The translations under genes and the position numbers were made by a program. The notes beneath the pieces were generated by a model. It searched no databases and had not been told where the DNA came from. It saw nothing but the letters and a program-made list of their open reading frames with translations. 64,000 nucleotides of DNA from an uncultured Alphaproteobacteria bacterium (GTDB lineage Bacteria > Pseudomonadota > Alphaproteobacteria > JALCBB01). Positions 29,075-38,391 of the stretch are shown piece by piece. Location of the stretch: positions 1,758,295 to 1,822,294 of the forward strand of contig OY279575.1 in NCBI GenBank assembly GCA_958267355.1. The letters are read 5' to 3'. Within the stretch, counting starts at the first letter, position 1; the number at the start of each line of letters is the position of its first letter.

Positions 29075-30829
29075 GTGCGTCTGCCACAAGGCTTAACCCA
29101 AGGCCTAAAGGGGTTTGCTGGCGCGTTGGTGACTCCCTTTCGGCGGCGGATGGATATTTCGTTCAAACAAGGCTTGGCAGTCGCTCCGCTGTGGGGCGGA
29201 CTTGCCGCACTTGCCCTGCCACCGCTCTACCTGCTGCCGCTCGGTTTGCTCGGACTCGCCGCTTGGTTTCGTCTGGTCGCTTGGGCAACTTGTCCGCGCC
29301 ACGCCTTCTGCTTGGGCGGGCTTTTCGCCTTCGGCTATTTTCTCGGCGGCTTGTGGTGGATCGCCTTCGCCTTTCAGTATGAGTCAGGTCTTTTGGCGTG
29401 GGCGGGGTTTCCGTTGGTTGTGCTTTTGGCTGCGGGCTTGTCGCTTTTCTGGGCAGTCGCTTCAGCTGGCGCACGATTTGCCCGTCAAGGCGTGGCGCGG
29501 GTCTTGCTTTTTACAGCGGCAGTTCTAGCGGCGGAGTTGGCACGGAGTTTTGTGTTGGGGGGATTTCCGTGGAATCCGATTGCGTCTTTTTGGGCTGGCT
29601 CGGCAGTGACTTTGCAGCCCCTAGCACTTTTCGGCTCTGACCTATGGAGCGCACTTACAGTTTTCGCCTGTGCCGCCGCTGTGAGTCTGGTCTATGACGG
29701 TAAAGCGGGAAGTGCAGGGGAAGTTGCAGGGAAAGGTGAAGTTGCAGGTAAAGGCGAAGGGGAAGTTGAAAGTGAAATTGAAAGTAAAGGGGAAAAGGAA
29801 AGCGCAAGGGTTCGGGTGGAGCGGTATAGCTCCATCGCGGTTTTGGTTCTAGCTGTTGTCCTGCCGCCTGCTACGCTTCTAATCAGTGGAGCGCAAGTAG
29901 CAGTCGCGCCACCAGCCCAAGAAGTTGCGGGCGTGCGCTTGCGGCTTGTCCAGCCCGCCATCGCCCAAGAAGACAAGTGGAAACGCGCCCAACGCCGCAA
30001 AAACCTAAACCTGCAATACCAACTTCTCACCACAGCAGGAAACTTCACCCACGCCATCCTGCCCGAAGCCACAGTCGCTTGGCCGCTCAACACTGCCGCA
30101 ACCGTGCGCTCGCTTTTGACTTCTGCACTTCCGCAAGAGGGGAGTTTAATCATCGGCGGAATTACACGCCTGAATCACCAACAAGCAGAAGCCGTACCAA
30201 GGCTACATAATTCGCTTTATGTTTTAGACAGCACAGGTGCCATATCAGCACGATACGATAAGCATAGGCTTGTGCCGTTCGGTGAGTTTATTCCGTTCAG
30301 TCGTTGGCTTCCTGCCACACGCCTAACCAACGCCGAAGGAGTCATTGATTACACGCCTGGCGATGGTTTGCGTACGCTTGTCGCTTCTTCGGGTGCTTCG
30401 GGTGCGCGGGTTTCTGTGCCGCCGTTTTCTCCGTTGATTTGTTTTGAAGTGCTTTTTTCAGGACGAGTCGTTCAGCACGGCACAGCCCGCGCCAGTTGGC
30501 TTGTCAATCTAACCAACGATGCATGGTTCGGACAGACTTCAGGTCCATATCAGCACTTCGCCGCCGCCCGTATGCGAGCCGTTGAAGAAGGCTTGCCGCT
30601 CGTGCGCTCCGCCAATAACGGAATTTCTGCCGTTATAGATGGGCGCGGACGAATTCAAAGCCTTTTGCCTCTCGGAGCCCGTGGCGTTTTAGACGCAAAC
30701 TTGCCACAGGCTTTGCCTCCGACGGGGTTTGCGCGGTTTGGCTTGCGCCTGCCGCTCGTAGCCTTGGCTTTTTTTGCTGTGGCGTTTCTAATCGCGCAAT
30801 TGGCTCCGCCTGTTCTGCGCCGCCCATAA
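29075..30829 (+). CDS. lnt: Apolipoprotein N-acyltransferase
   Basis: GFPWN, YDKHRLVPFGE, PLICFE and NLTNDAWFG motifs. Confidence 0.94.
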   Translation: MRLPQGLTQGLKGFAGALVTPFRRRMDISFKQGLAVAPLWGGLAALALPPLYLLPLGLLGLAAWFRLVAWATCPRHAFCLGGLFAFGYFLGGLWWIAFAFQYESGLLAWAGFPLVVLLAAGLSLFWAVASAGARFARQGVARVLLFTAAVLAAELARSFVLGGFPWNPIASFWAGSAVTLQPLALFGSDLWSALTVFACAAAVSLVYDGKAGSAGEVAGKGEVAGKGEGEVESEIESKGEKESARVRVERYSSIAVLVLAVVLPPATLLISGAQVAVAPPAQEVAGVRLRLVQPAIAQEDKWKRAQRRKNLNLQYQLLTTAGNFTHAILPEATVAWPLNTAATVRSLLTSALPQEGSLIIGGITRLNHQQAEAVPRLHNSLYVLDSTGAISARYDKHRLVPFGEFIPFSRWLPATRLTNAEGVIDYTPGDGLRTLVASSGASGARVSVPPFSPLICFEVLFSGRVVQHGTARASWLVNLTNDAWFGQTSGPYQHFAAARMRAVEEGLPLVRSANNGISAVIDGRGRIQSLLPLGARGVLDANLPQALPPTGFARFGLRLPLVALAFFAVAFLIAQLAPPVLRRP

Positions 30830-31163
30830 ATCGCTATCCTTACAAAAGGACACAAAACCAGATACGCCTGTTAACAAAAAACCATACAGATTTCAAAGAA
30901 ACTACACAAAGAAATTTGCTCATACCATCATCGCTCGGCTATAATCAAACCAATCGCGTAACATCTAGGCACTACGCAAAACAACTCACTTAGAGTTGAA
31001 AACAAAATCAATAGCAAACCCTATCAGCGAATCCATCGCTACACGATCCACGATTAACAAAACTCGCCGCCACGAGTCATCTTTCACTTTTGAAAACGTA
31101 AGCCCGTCCGTTGCAACAACAATAGCGGACACTTCTTTTCATTCCAACGCAGGAGGAGCCAAA

Positions 31164-31817
31164 ATGCCACAGGGAAGGCGCAGGTTGGACACAAACCGCA
31201 AACCAAAAACCGCTAAACTCACCGCCAAACAAGCCGCGAAGCAACGCGCATCCACACCCGTAGACAAAGTCGTCGGAACCTGTGTGCGCGAACGGCGGAT
31301 TGTCCTTGGTTGGAGCCAAGAAGAACTCGCGGAAAAACTTAAAATCTCGTTCCAGCAAGTACAGAAATACGAAGCTGGCACTAACCGCATCGGCGCAAGT
31401 CGGCTCTACCAAATCGCCCGCGTCTTAGACACGGATGTAAACCACTTCTACGGCACCTTGCCAATGCCCGCCCAAGCAACAGGGGGGAAGAAAACAAGCC
31501 AGCGAGTCGCTCCCGAGCTGCGTGAGGTGGCGAATCCGATCACCCCAACACCGAAGGGCAAGGCACAACAAAACAAAGGACAACAACGCGCCGCTCTAGC
31601 CTTAGTACGGCACTACTATAAGATTCAAAGTCCGAGTGTGCGCCGTGGATTGGTGCAGACTGTCCATGCCTTTTCTGACCAACAGGGCAAAGCTTCCGCC
31701 ACCAAAAAGGGAGCTAAGAAAAGCACGAAAAAAACGGCTAAGAAATCCGCCAAGAAGACTACAAAAAAAGCGGCGAAGAAATCCGCGCGCAAAAAGACCA
31801 CGCGCAAAAGGCGGTAA
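31164..31817 (+). CDS. XRE-family HTH regulator with Lys/Ala-rich histone-like tail
   Basis: SQEELA..L.ISFQQVQKYE.G.NRIGASRL; AGGAGG RBS; conserved position between lnt and metK. Confidence 0.88.
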   Translation: MPQGRRRLDTNRKPKTAKLTAKQAAKQRASTPVDKVVGTCVRERRIVLGWSQEELAEKLKISFQQVQKYEAGTNRIGASRLYQIARVLDTDVNHFYGTLPMPAQATGGKKTSQRVAPELREVANPITPTPKGKAQQNKGQQRAALALVRHYYKIQSPSVRRGLVQTVHAFSDQQGKASATKKGAKKSTKKTAKKSAKKTTKKAAKKSARKKTTRKRR

Positions 31818-32125
31818 GGCGTAAAAGCGGTATGGGGTAAAAGTGGTACGGGTAAGCGGTATGGGGTAAAAGCGATTAGCCACAGAAGCCGTATAGGGCA
31901 AAAGCGGTACGGGCAAGCGTTAAGGCGTAAAAGCCGTATAGGGTAAAAGTGATTAAGGGCTAGAGAGGTAAGGCGTAAAAGCGGTTAGGGTAAGAGTGGT
32001 TAGCCACAAAAGCCGTATGGAGTAGCCACAAGGGCAAGAGTGGCACGGGCAAGCAGTAAGGCGTAAAAGCCGTTAGGGGCTAGATGGGTTAGCCACAGAA
32101 GCGGTTAGGGGCAAAAGCCGTAAAA
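31810..32125. repeat. Degenerate tandem array (ggtaaaagcggta...) starting at the stop codon
   Basis: Visible periodicity. Confidence 0.75.
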
Positions 32126-32533
32126 AGCCATAAGCAATAAACAGGCTTTCAAAAACAGGCTTTCAAGACCAAGCTTTAAAGCCCCAAAATTCACCCCACA
32201 AAACCGCTCCATAAAATCGCTCCATAAAACCGCTCCACAAAACCACTCCGCAGATGCCACGCAATGGCTCTGGCAATTGCCCTGCCGCTGGTTCCTATAC
32301 TTTTCCCCAGATCGCTGACCGATAAGTCGCGATTTCTACTAAAAATCAAGGCTGGCGAATTGTTTTTCAAGCCTGTCCGTGGCAGTCTTGTTAATGACCC
32401 CGCAGAAACTTCCGCACAGGTATTCGTAAAGGTATCTGTAAAGATGTCTGTAAAAAGGTATCTGTAAAGATATCCGTAAAGATGTCCGTGCGGACTCGCG
32501 CAACACAACTTCACAACAACTCTAGAGACTCCA

Positions 32534-33775
32534 ATGGCGGCTCTTCTCGCGCGGCGCGGTTCTTGGCAATTCACCAGCGAGTCGGTGAGCGAAGGCCATC
32601 CCGATAAAGTCGCAGACCAAATCTCAGACGCAGTCCTAGACCTGTGCCTTACTCGCGACCCAAAAGCGCGAGTCGCCTGCGAAACAATGGTAAGCCAAAA
32701 CCTTGTCACCATCGGCGGCGAATACCGATTTCAAGATGGCTCAAGCCTAGACGACTCCGCGTTGGAGACACTGGTGCGCTCGGTCGTACGCGAAATCGGC
32801 TACGAAGAAGAAAACTTCCATTGGCAAGAACTAGAACTACGCAATCAACTCGCCCCGCAGTCTTCCGAAATTGCAGGCGGAGTAGATCATCGCCAAGATA
32901 AAGAAATCGGCGCAGGTGACCAAGGAATTATGTTCGGCTATGCCACCAACGAAACCAAGTCGCTTATGCCTGCTCCGATTCATTATGCCCACGAAGTCTT
33001 GCGCAAGCTAAGCGCTTTCTGGCACACCCCTGACGGACAAACACTCGGACCCGACGCTAAAAGTCAGGTAACCCTACGCTATGACGGAGCAAATCCTGTA
33101 GCGGTAGATCGCTTGGTCGTGTCAGTGCAACATCGCTGTCCTGTCGGAGAAGTGCGAGAGTTAATCTCTCCCATCGCACGGGGCGTTTTTGAAGACGCGA
33201 ACCTAGAACTGCCAAGCGAGCCAGAAGAAAAATGGTTTCTGGTTAACCCATCAGGAAGCTTCACCCAAGGCGGACCCGCCGTAGATGCAGGACTCACAGG
33301 ACGCAAAATTATTGTTGATACCTACGGTGGCGCCGCTCCGCATGGCGGTGGCGCTTTTTCAGGCAAAGACGCAAGCAAGGTAGACCGTTCAGCCGCCTAC
33401 GCCACACGCTATCTGGCAAAGAATGTCGTAGCCGCAGAATTGGCTTCCGCCTGTTTGATTCAAGTTTCCTACGCCATCGGGCAAGCCGAACCCTGTAGCT
33501 TTTATCTCAATCTTTTAGGCGATGTCCAGTGCGATGAAGAACAGCTGCAAAGCCATCTGCAAGAAATCTTTTCTTTAAAGCCAGGGGATATCGCCGCCCA
33601 GTTGCAGCTGCATCTTCCAAACTATCAACAGACAGCAAAATACGGACACTTCGGACGTACCTATGACGACAAGTCCAAGGCTTTTTCTTGGGAGCAGAAA
33701 AACCTTACAGCAACGCTCAAAGGACTCGTCTCAGGCGGAGTGTCTTCAGCCATACCACTGCGCCGCTCGGCTTAA
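32534..33775 (+). CDS. metK: S-adenosylmethionine synthetase
   Basis: FTSESVSEGHPDK, GAGDQG and GLTGRKIIVDTYGG...GGGAFSGKD motifs. Confidence 0.97.
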   Translation: MAALLARRGSWQFTSESVSEGHPDKVADQISDAVLDLCLTRDPKARVACETMVSQNLVTIGGEYRFQDGSSLDDSALETLVRSVVREIGYEEENFHWQELELRNQLAPQSSEIAGGVDHRQDKEIGAGDQGIMFGYATNETKSLMPAPIHYAHEVLRKLSAFWHTPDGQTLGPDAKSQVTLRYDGANPVAVDRLVVSVQHRCPVGEVRELISPIARGVFEDANLELPSEPEEKWFLVNPSGSFTQGGPAVDAGLTGRKIIVDTYGGAAPHGGGAFSGKDASKVDRSAAYATRYLAKNVVAAELASACLIQVSYAIGQAEPCSFYLNLLGDVQCDEEQLQSHLQEIFSLKPGDIAAQLQLHLPNYQQTAKYGHFGRTYDDKSKAFSWEQKNLTATLKGLVSGGVSSAIPLRRSA

Positions 33776-33786
33776 AGCATAGCTTT

Positions 33787-34512
33787 TTGCAGTCAGCTCG
33801 TCAGCACAGAATAGAACCACCACGCGGACGCAAAACTCCGCGACGGTTATCCGCACGGCGCAAGACTCTTTTAGAACAAGGCGTATCGCAGTTTGGGATT
33901 AATGCGAAAGAAATTCGCACAGCGACTCCCGCTTCGTGTCTGCCACAAGCTTGGTTTGGCGAGTCCTTCACAGGCAAAGTGTTTCTAGAAGTCGGCTTCG
34001 GCGGCGGTGAGCACTTGGTCGCAATCGCCCAAGACAAGCCGCACGATGGCTTCATCGGTGCCGAAGTTCATCAAGGCGGACTTGCCAACTGCTGTGCGCT
34101 CCTAGCAGAAAATCAAGTTGAAAATGTACGACTCTTCGCCGAAGATGTCCGCACACTTCTAACCGCCTGCACCGACAATGCACTAGACGGAGCTTTTGTT
34201 TTATTTCCCGACCCATGGCCAAAACGCCGCCACGCCAAACGGCGGATCATCTCGCAAGATTTCCTAGACGAGCTGGCACGGGTACTACGCAAAGGTGCTG
34301 TTCTGCAAGCGGCAAGCGATGACCCAGTCTGCCAAGTCAGTCTGCTACAAGAACTTCTGGCACACAAAGCCTTCGCTTGGAACGCAACACAAGCCGTACA
34401 TCCCGCTCGCTGTTGGACAAAGCCCCCGCCCAATTGGCACTCCACCCGCTACGAAGCCAAAGCCCTAAAAGCAGGACGCAAACCCATATATTTAACTCTA
34501 TTCCGCGTCTAA
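33787..34512 (+). CDS. trmB: tRNA (guanine-N7)-methyltransferase (start uncertain; ORF open from 33688)
   Basis: LEVGFGGGEHL, FPDPWPKRRHAKRR and TRYEAKA motifs. Confidence 0.93.
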   Translation: MQSARQHRIEPPRGRKTPRRLSARRKTLLEQGVSQFGINAKEIRTATPASCLPQAWFGESFTGKVFLEVGFGGGEHLVAIAQDKPHDGFIGAEVHQGGLANCCALLAENQVENVRLFAEDVRTLLTACTDNALDGAFVLFPDPWPKRRHAKRRIISQDFLDELARVLRKGAVLQAASDDPVCQVSLLQELLAHKAFAWNATQAVHPARCWTKPPPNWHSTRYEAKALKAGRKPIYLTLFRV

Positions 34513-34541
34513 ACCCGTATTTCACAGGTATTTGCTCTGTC

Positions 34542-34570
34542 TTGTCTTTGGCGGCAAAAAGGCCTATATT
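34542..34570 (+). promoter_or_regulatory. Putative sigma70 promoter of the rimP-nusA-infB operon
   Basis: TTGTCT-17 bp-TATATT. Confidence 0.55.
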
Positions 34571-34637
34571 CTGGGTGAGGGTTTGGCGTTCCTGAACCCT
34601 TAGCCCGCTTAGGCTTCACGAATGAGATTTTGAAACC

Positions 34638-34661
34638 AGCGGGCGAAAGCCCGCTTTTTTT
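34638..34661 (+). terminator. Terminator/attenuator hairpin in the rimP leader
   Basis: agcgggc-gaaa-gcccgct followed by a T run. Confidence 0.75.
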
Positions 34662-34734
34662 GTCGCTTCTGCTTCTAGGGCTTCTAGGGGGTGGAAAGCA
34701 AGGAAACGGGGTTTTAGGGACAGATACGGCTAAC

Positions 34735-35055
34735 ACGCCCCACAGAAGCCACAGGAGCTGTTTGTAGGGCTTTTATGGGGTGGAAAGCGGAATTGGCACA
34801 GATACGCCCCACAGAAGCCATAGGAGCTGTTTATGGGGCTTTTATGGGGTGGAAAGCGGAATTGGCACAGATACGCCCCACAGGAGCCATAGGAGCTGTT
34901 TAGGGGGCTTTTATGGGGTGGAAAGCGGGATTAGGCACAGATACGCCCCACAGAAGCCATAGGAGCTGTTTAGGGGGCTTTTATGGGGTGGAAGCGGGAT
35001 TTGCCACAGATACGCCCCACAGAAGCCATAGGAGCCGTTTAGGGGGCTTCTAGGG
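34735..35055. repeat. Tandem repeat, 69-70 bp unit, ~4.5 copies
   Basis: gatacgcccc at 34801, 34870, 34940 and 35009; units are near-identical along their whole length. Confidence 0.92.
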
Positions 35056-35078
35056 GAAATATACGGATAAAAACACAA

Positions 35079-35885
35079 ATGCGACTACCACGCACCACAG
35101 AAGCCCAGTTTTCTTCTCGCAGGACAACAGAAGGGCTCAGGGCAACAGAAGAACAAGGAGAGCAATGGCTCGCACAGGATTCTTGTGTCCATCTGCGGCT
35201 GGTCTGTGAGCCCGCTATGCGGCAGGTGGCAGAGTCAGCAGCGCAACTCGCCGAGTCAGCCGCTTCAGCCTTAGGCTTCGCACTTGTGCGACTCCAACTC
35301 ACAGGCGGACGCAAACCCCGCCTACAAGTGCTCGCCGAACGCCCTGACGGCAGCTTTTCGCTAGACGATTGCGCAACCCTGTCACGGAAACTCTCCACCC
35401 AGCTAGATGCCCAAGACGAAGCTGGCAATGCGTCTGGCAAGGCAATTCAAAGTGCTTATGTTTTAGAAGTTTCGTCTCCGGGAATGGAACGCCCATTAAC
35501 TCGTCCGCAAGATTTCACCGCCTACGCGGGTCGCTTGGTGCATCTACGCCTAAATCGCTTTGCGCCACAAAAACGCAAAAAATATCTCGGCACTTTAATC
35601 GGAGTTGAAGGAATCGGACTCGAAGGAAACGGACCCGAAGGCGAAAATCTTATCCTTCAAATCCAAGAAGACGAAACCACGCTCAAAATTCCACTCGCGC
35701 AAATCGCAGAAGTACATTTGCATCTGGCTTCGCCAAGACAGACAAAAACCCAAACAAAAACACACGGCAAAGCAAAAGCCAAAAACACCAAAGGGAAAAA
35801 CAAAAAATCTTCCCTACTTGCAAACCTGTCGTCTAAACCAATAGCTCCACACCACAACAGCAAAACCAACAGAGTTGCCCCATGA
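35079..35885 (+). CDS. rimP: Ribosome maturation factor RimP (start uncertain)
   Basis: LQV.AERPDG...DDC..LSR and Y.LEVSSPG.ERPL.R motifs. Confidence 0.92.
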   Translation: MRLPRTTEAQFSSRRTTEGLRATEEQGEQWLAQDSCVHLRLVCEPAMRQVAESAAQLAESAASALGFALVRLQLTGGRKPRLQVLAERPDGSFSLDDCATLSRKLSTQLDAQDEAGNASGKAIQSAYVLEVSSPGMERPLTRPQDFTAYAGRLVHLRLNRFAPQKRKKYLGTLIGVEGIGLEGNGPEGENLILQIQEDETTLKIPLAQIAEVHLHLASPRQTKTQTKTHGKAKAKNTKGKNKKSSLLANLSSKPIAPHHNSKTNRVAP

Positions 35886-37558
35886 TCACAACCCGACTAC
35901 ACCGCAAAGAACTCATGGAAGTCGCCAATATGGTGGCACGTGAAAAAGGCATTGAACTGGAAGAAGTGGTTCAGGCGATGATCCTTGCCTTCCAAAAAGC
36001 AGGACAAGCCAAATACGGACACGAAAATGATATCCGCACCGAAATTGATCCCGAAAGCGGAGAAATCCGCTTCTATCGCTGCCTGACCGTCGTAGAAGAA
36101 CCCGAAAACGCCGCCGCCGAAATCACCACCGCCGAAGCACAAGCCCGCGAACCAAAAAACCCAGAACTCCACGAACTCGGAGCCGTACATCGCGAACTTC
36201 TACCACCCATCGATCTAGGACGAATTGCCGCCCAAACCATCAAACAAACAATCGTTCAGCAAGTCCGCGAAGCCGAACGCACCAGACAATACGAAGAATT
36301 CAAAGACCGCGTCGGCGAAGTCATCAACGGAATCGTCAAGCGCGTAGAATACGGCAGTGTACTCGTAGATCTAGAACGCGCCGAAGGCTTGCTACGGCGC
36401 GATGAAATTATTCCGCGTGAAACCCATCGCATCGGCGATCGCACCCGTGCCTTCATTTACGATGTGCGCAACGAAGGACGTGGTACACAGATTTTGCTCT
36501 CGCGGTGTCATCCACAGTTTATGGCAGAGCTTTTTGCTCAAGAAGTCCCAGAAGTCTATGACGGAGTCATTGAAATCAAATCCGTCGCGCGCGACCCTGG
36601 CTCACGAGCCAAAATCGCTGTGATTAGTCACGATAGCTCCATTGACCCAGTCGGAGCCTGCGTCGGTATGCGCGGCAGTCGCGTTCAAGCCGTAGTCGGA
36701 GAACTGCAAGGCGAAAAAATAGATATCGTGCCTTGGTCTGCAGATCCTGCAACTTTTGTCGTTAATGCTTTGGCTCCTGCGGCGATTACCAAAGTCATCG
36801 TAGACGAAGAAAAAGACCAAATGACCGTAGTCGTCGCCGAAGACCAACTCTCACTCGCCATCGGAAGACGCGGACAAAATGTCAGACTCGCCTCACAACT
36901 TACAGGCTGGCAAATTGAACTCCTAACCGAAGAACAAGAAAGTGCTTCACGACAAGAAGACTTCCAAAAACGCTCAACATTCTTCACCGAAGCACTAGAT
37001 GTAGACGATATGATCGCGCAACTCCTTGCCGCTGAGGGATTCGTAAATCTAGAACAAATCGCTGAAACTTCTCCCGTAGATTTGGCACAGATAGAAGGCT
37101 TCGACGAAGGACTCGCCGAAGAACTCTGCACCCGTGCCCAACAATGGCTAGACGAACAAATCCGCGGCTGGATAGAAAAACGCCGCGCCGCAGGAGTCAC
37201 CGACGAAGTCGCCGAAAGCGAAGGATTAACTCCTGCAATGGTCGCACGACTCGGCGATGCAGAAGTGCGAACCCTAGACGACTTAGCTGGACTCTCACGA
37301 GACGACTTAGCAGACGCCTTGGGGGATTTATCTCCGTCGGTGGAGGAAATGGATAGAATTATTCTCACCGCACGCCAGCGTTGGTATCCTGACGAAAGTC
37401 TTCTGCCCGAAGAAAGCGAAGAAGAAGAAGCAGAAGCTCCGTCAGCTGTCAGCGAAGAACTACGCGCCGCAGAAGCTGTCTTTGCAGCTCCTGAAGCCAC
37501 GGGCGAAAGCCAAGAACAAAAAACCACGCAAAAAGAAATCGGAGACAATAGCGCGTGA
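35882..37558 (+). CDS. nusA: Transcription termination factor NusA
   Basis: GRIAAQ, ARDPGSRAKIAV, DPVGACVGMRGSRVQ and SLAIGRRGQNVRLA motifs. Confidence 0.97.
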   Translation: MITTRLHRKELMEVANMVAREKGIELEEVVQAMILAFQKAGQAKYGHENDIRTEIDPESGEIRFYRCLTVVEEPENAAAEITTAEAQAREPKNPELHELGAVHRELLPPIDLGRIAAQTIKQTIVQQVREAERTRQYEEFKDRVGEVINGIVKRVEYGSVLVDLERAEGLLRRDEIIPRETHRIGDRTRAFIYDVRNEGRGTQILLSRCHPQFMAELFAQEVPEVYDGVIEIKSVARDPGSRAKIAVISHDSSIDPVGACVGMRGSRVQAVVGELQGEKIDIVPWSADPATFVVNALAPAAITKVIVDEEKDQMTVVVAEDQLSLAIGRRGQNVRLASQLTGWQIELLTEEQESASRQEDFQKRSTFFTEALDVDDMIAQLLAAEGFVNLEQIAETSPVDLAQIEGFDEGLAEELCTRAQQWLDEQIRGWIEKRRAAGVTDEVAESEGLTPAMVARLGDAEVRTLDDLAGLSRDDLADALGDLSPSVEEMDRIILTARQRWYPDESLLPEESEEEEAEAPSAVSEELRAAEAVFAAPEATGESQEQKTTQKEIGDNSA

Positions 37559-38391
37559 GCCTTTCGCTGCCATCTGCTGCTTCTTCTGAGCGGGCGACTC
37601 CTGCAACGGGCGTACTGTCAGGAGAGCAGACAAAACACAGCGCAAGAAAACAGAGCACAGAAAAACAGGGCGCAGAAAAGCAGGGCGCAGAAAAACACAG
37701 CACAGAAAAACACGGCACAGAAAAACACAGCACAGAAAAACAGAGCGCAACAAAACGCTGCTGCCTAACACGTAACGAACTACCCCGCACCAAAATGGTG
37801 CGCTTTGTTGCTTCTCCCGAAGGTGTGCTGGTGCCAGACCTTGCCGAACGTCTGCCCAGACGCGGAGCTTGGGTAGCCGCAACAAGCCTAGCTAGCGTAG
37901 AGTCGTCAGCACTTGTTTCCGCCTTAAAACGCGCACTCAAAGTGGAGACTCTGCATCCAGAAGTCTGCGGCAAGACGCTTATACAAAATACACAGGTGGC
38001 ATTAACGGCACGCATTCTGTCAGAGCTCGGACTCGCCCGCCGTAGCGGCTTGGTGGTAAGTGGCGAACAGCAAGTGCGGGCAATCGTTCAAGAACGCGGC
38101 GAGCAGGTGCGGATTCTTCTCCAAGCAACAGACGGAGCAGAAGACGGAGTTAACAAAATCGTCCGACTGATGCACCATCGCGCCCAAGACTGCTTGTGCC
38201 TGCAAGTCTTCTCCGCCGAAGAACAGGGACACGCCTTAGGACGCAATAGCGTTGTCCATATAGTTGTTCTGTCGGCTCCTGCCAATCGTAAGTACAATCC
38301 GTCAAGCCGTGGCGAAGATGGCCTGACAAGCCGCCTGAAAACAGACCTGACAAAGCTACAGCTAATCAACCGAGGGCAGAAACATGTCTGA
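37555..38391 (+). CDS. YlxR/DUF448 plus L7Ae-like RNA-binding protein
   Basis: RCCLTR......MVRFV.SPEG.LVPDL...LP.RGAWV and LGLARRSG motifs; lies between nusA and infB. Confidence 0.88.
   Translation: MSLSLPSAASSERATPATGVLSGEQTKHSARKQSTEKQGAEKQGAEKHSTEKHGTEKHSTEKQSATKRCCLTRNELPRTKMVRFVASPEGVLVPDLAERLPRRGAWVAATSLASVESSALVSALKRALKVETLHPEVCGKTLIQNTQVALTARILSELGLARRSGLVVSGEQQVRAIVQERGEQVRILLQATDGAEDGVNKIVRLMHHRAQDCLCLQVFSAEEQGHALGRNSVVHIVVLSAPANRKYNPSSRGEDGLTSRLKTDLTKLQLINRGQKHV

Noticed and set aside
34735..35055. CRISPR array (period 69-70 bp)
   Set aside because: Whole units are near-identical with no unique spacers, and there are no cas genes in the window.
36685..37548. Long antisense ORFs (also 13763-14614, 42374-43159)
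   Set aside because: Shadow frames of well-supported genes on the opposite strand.
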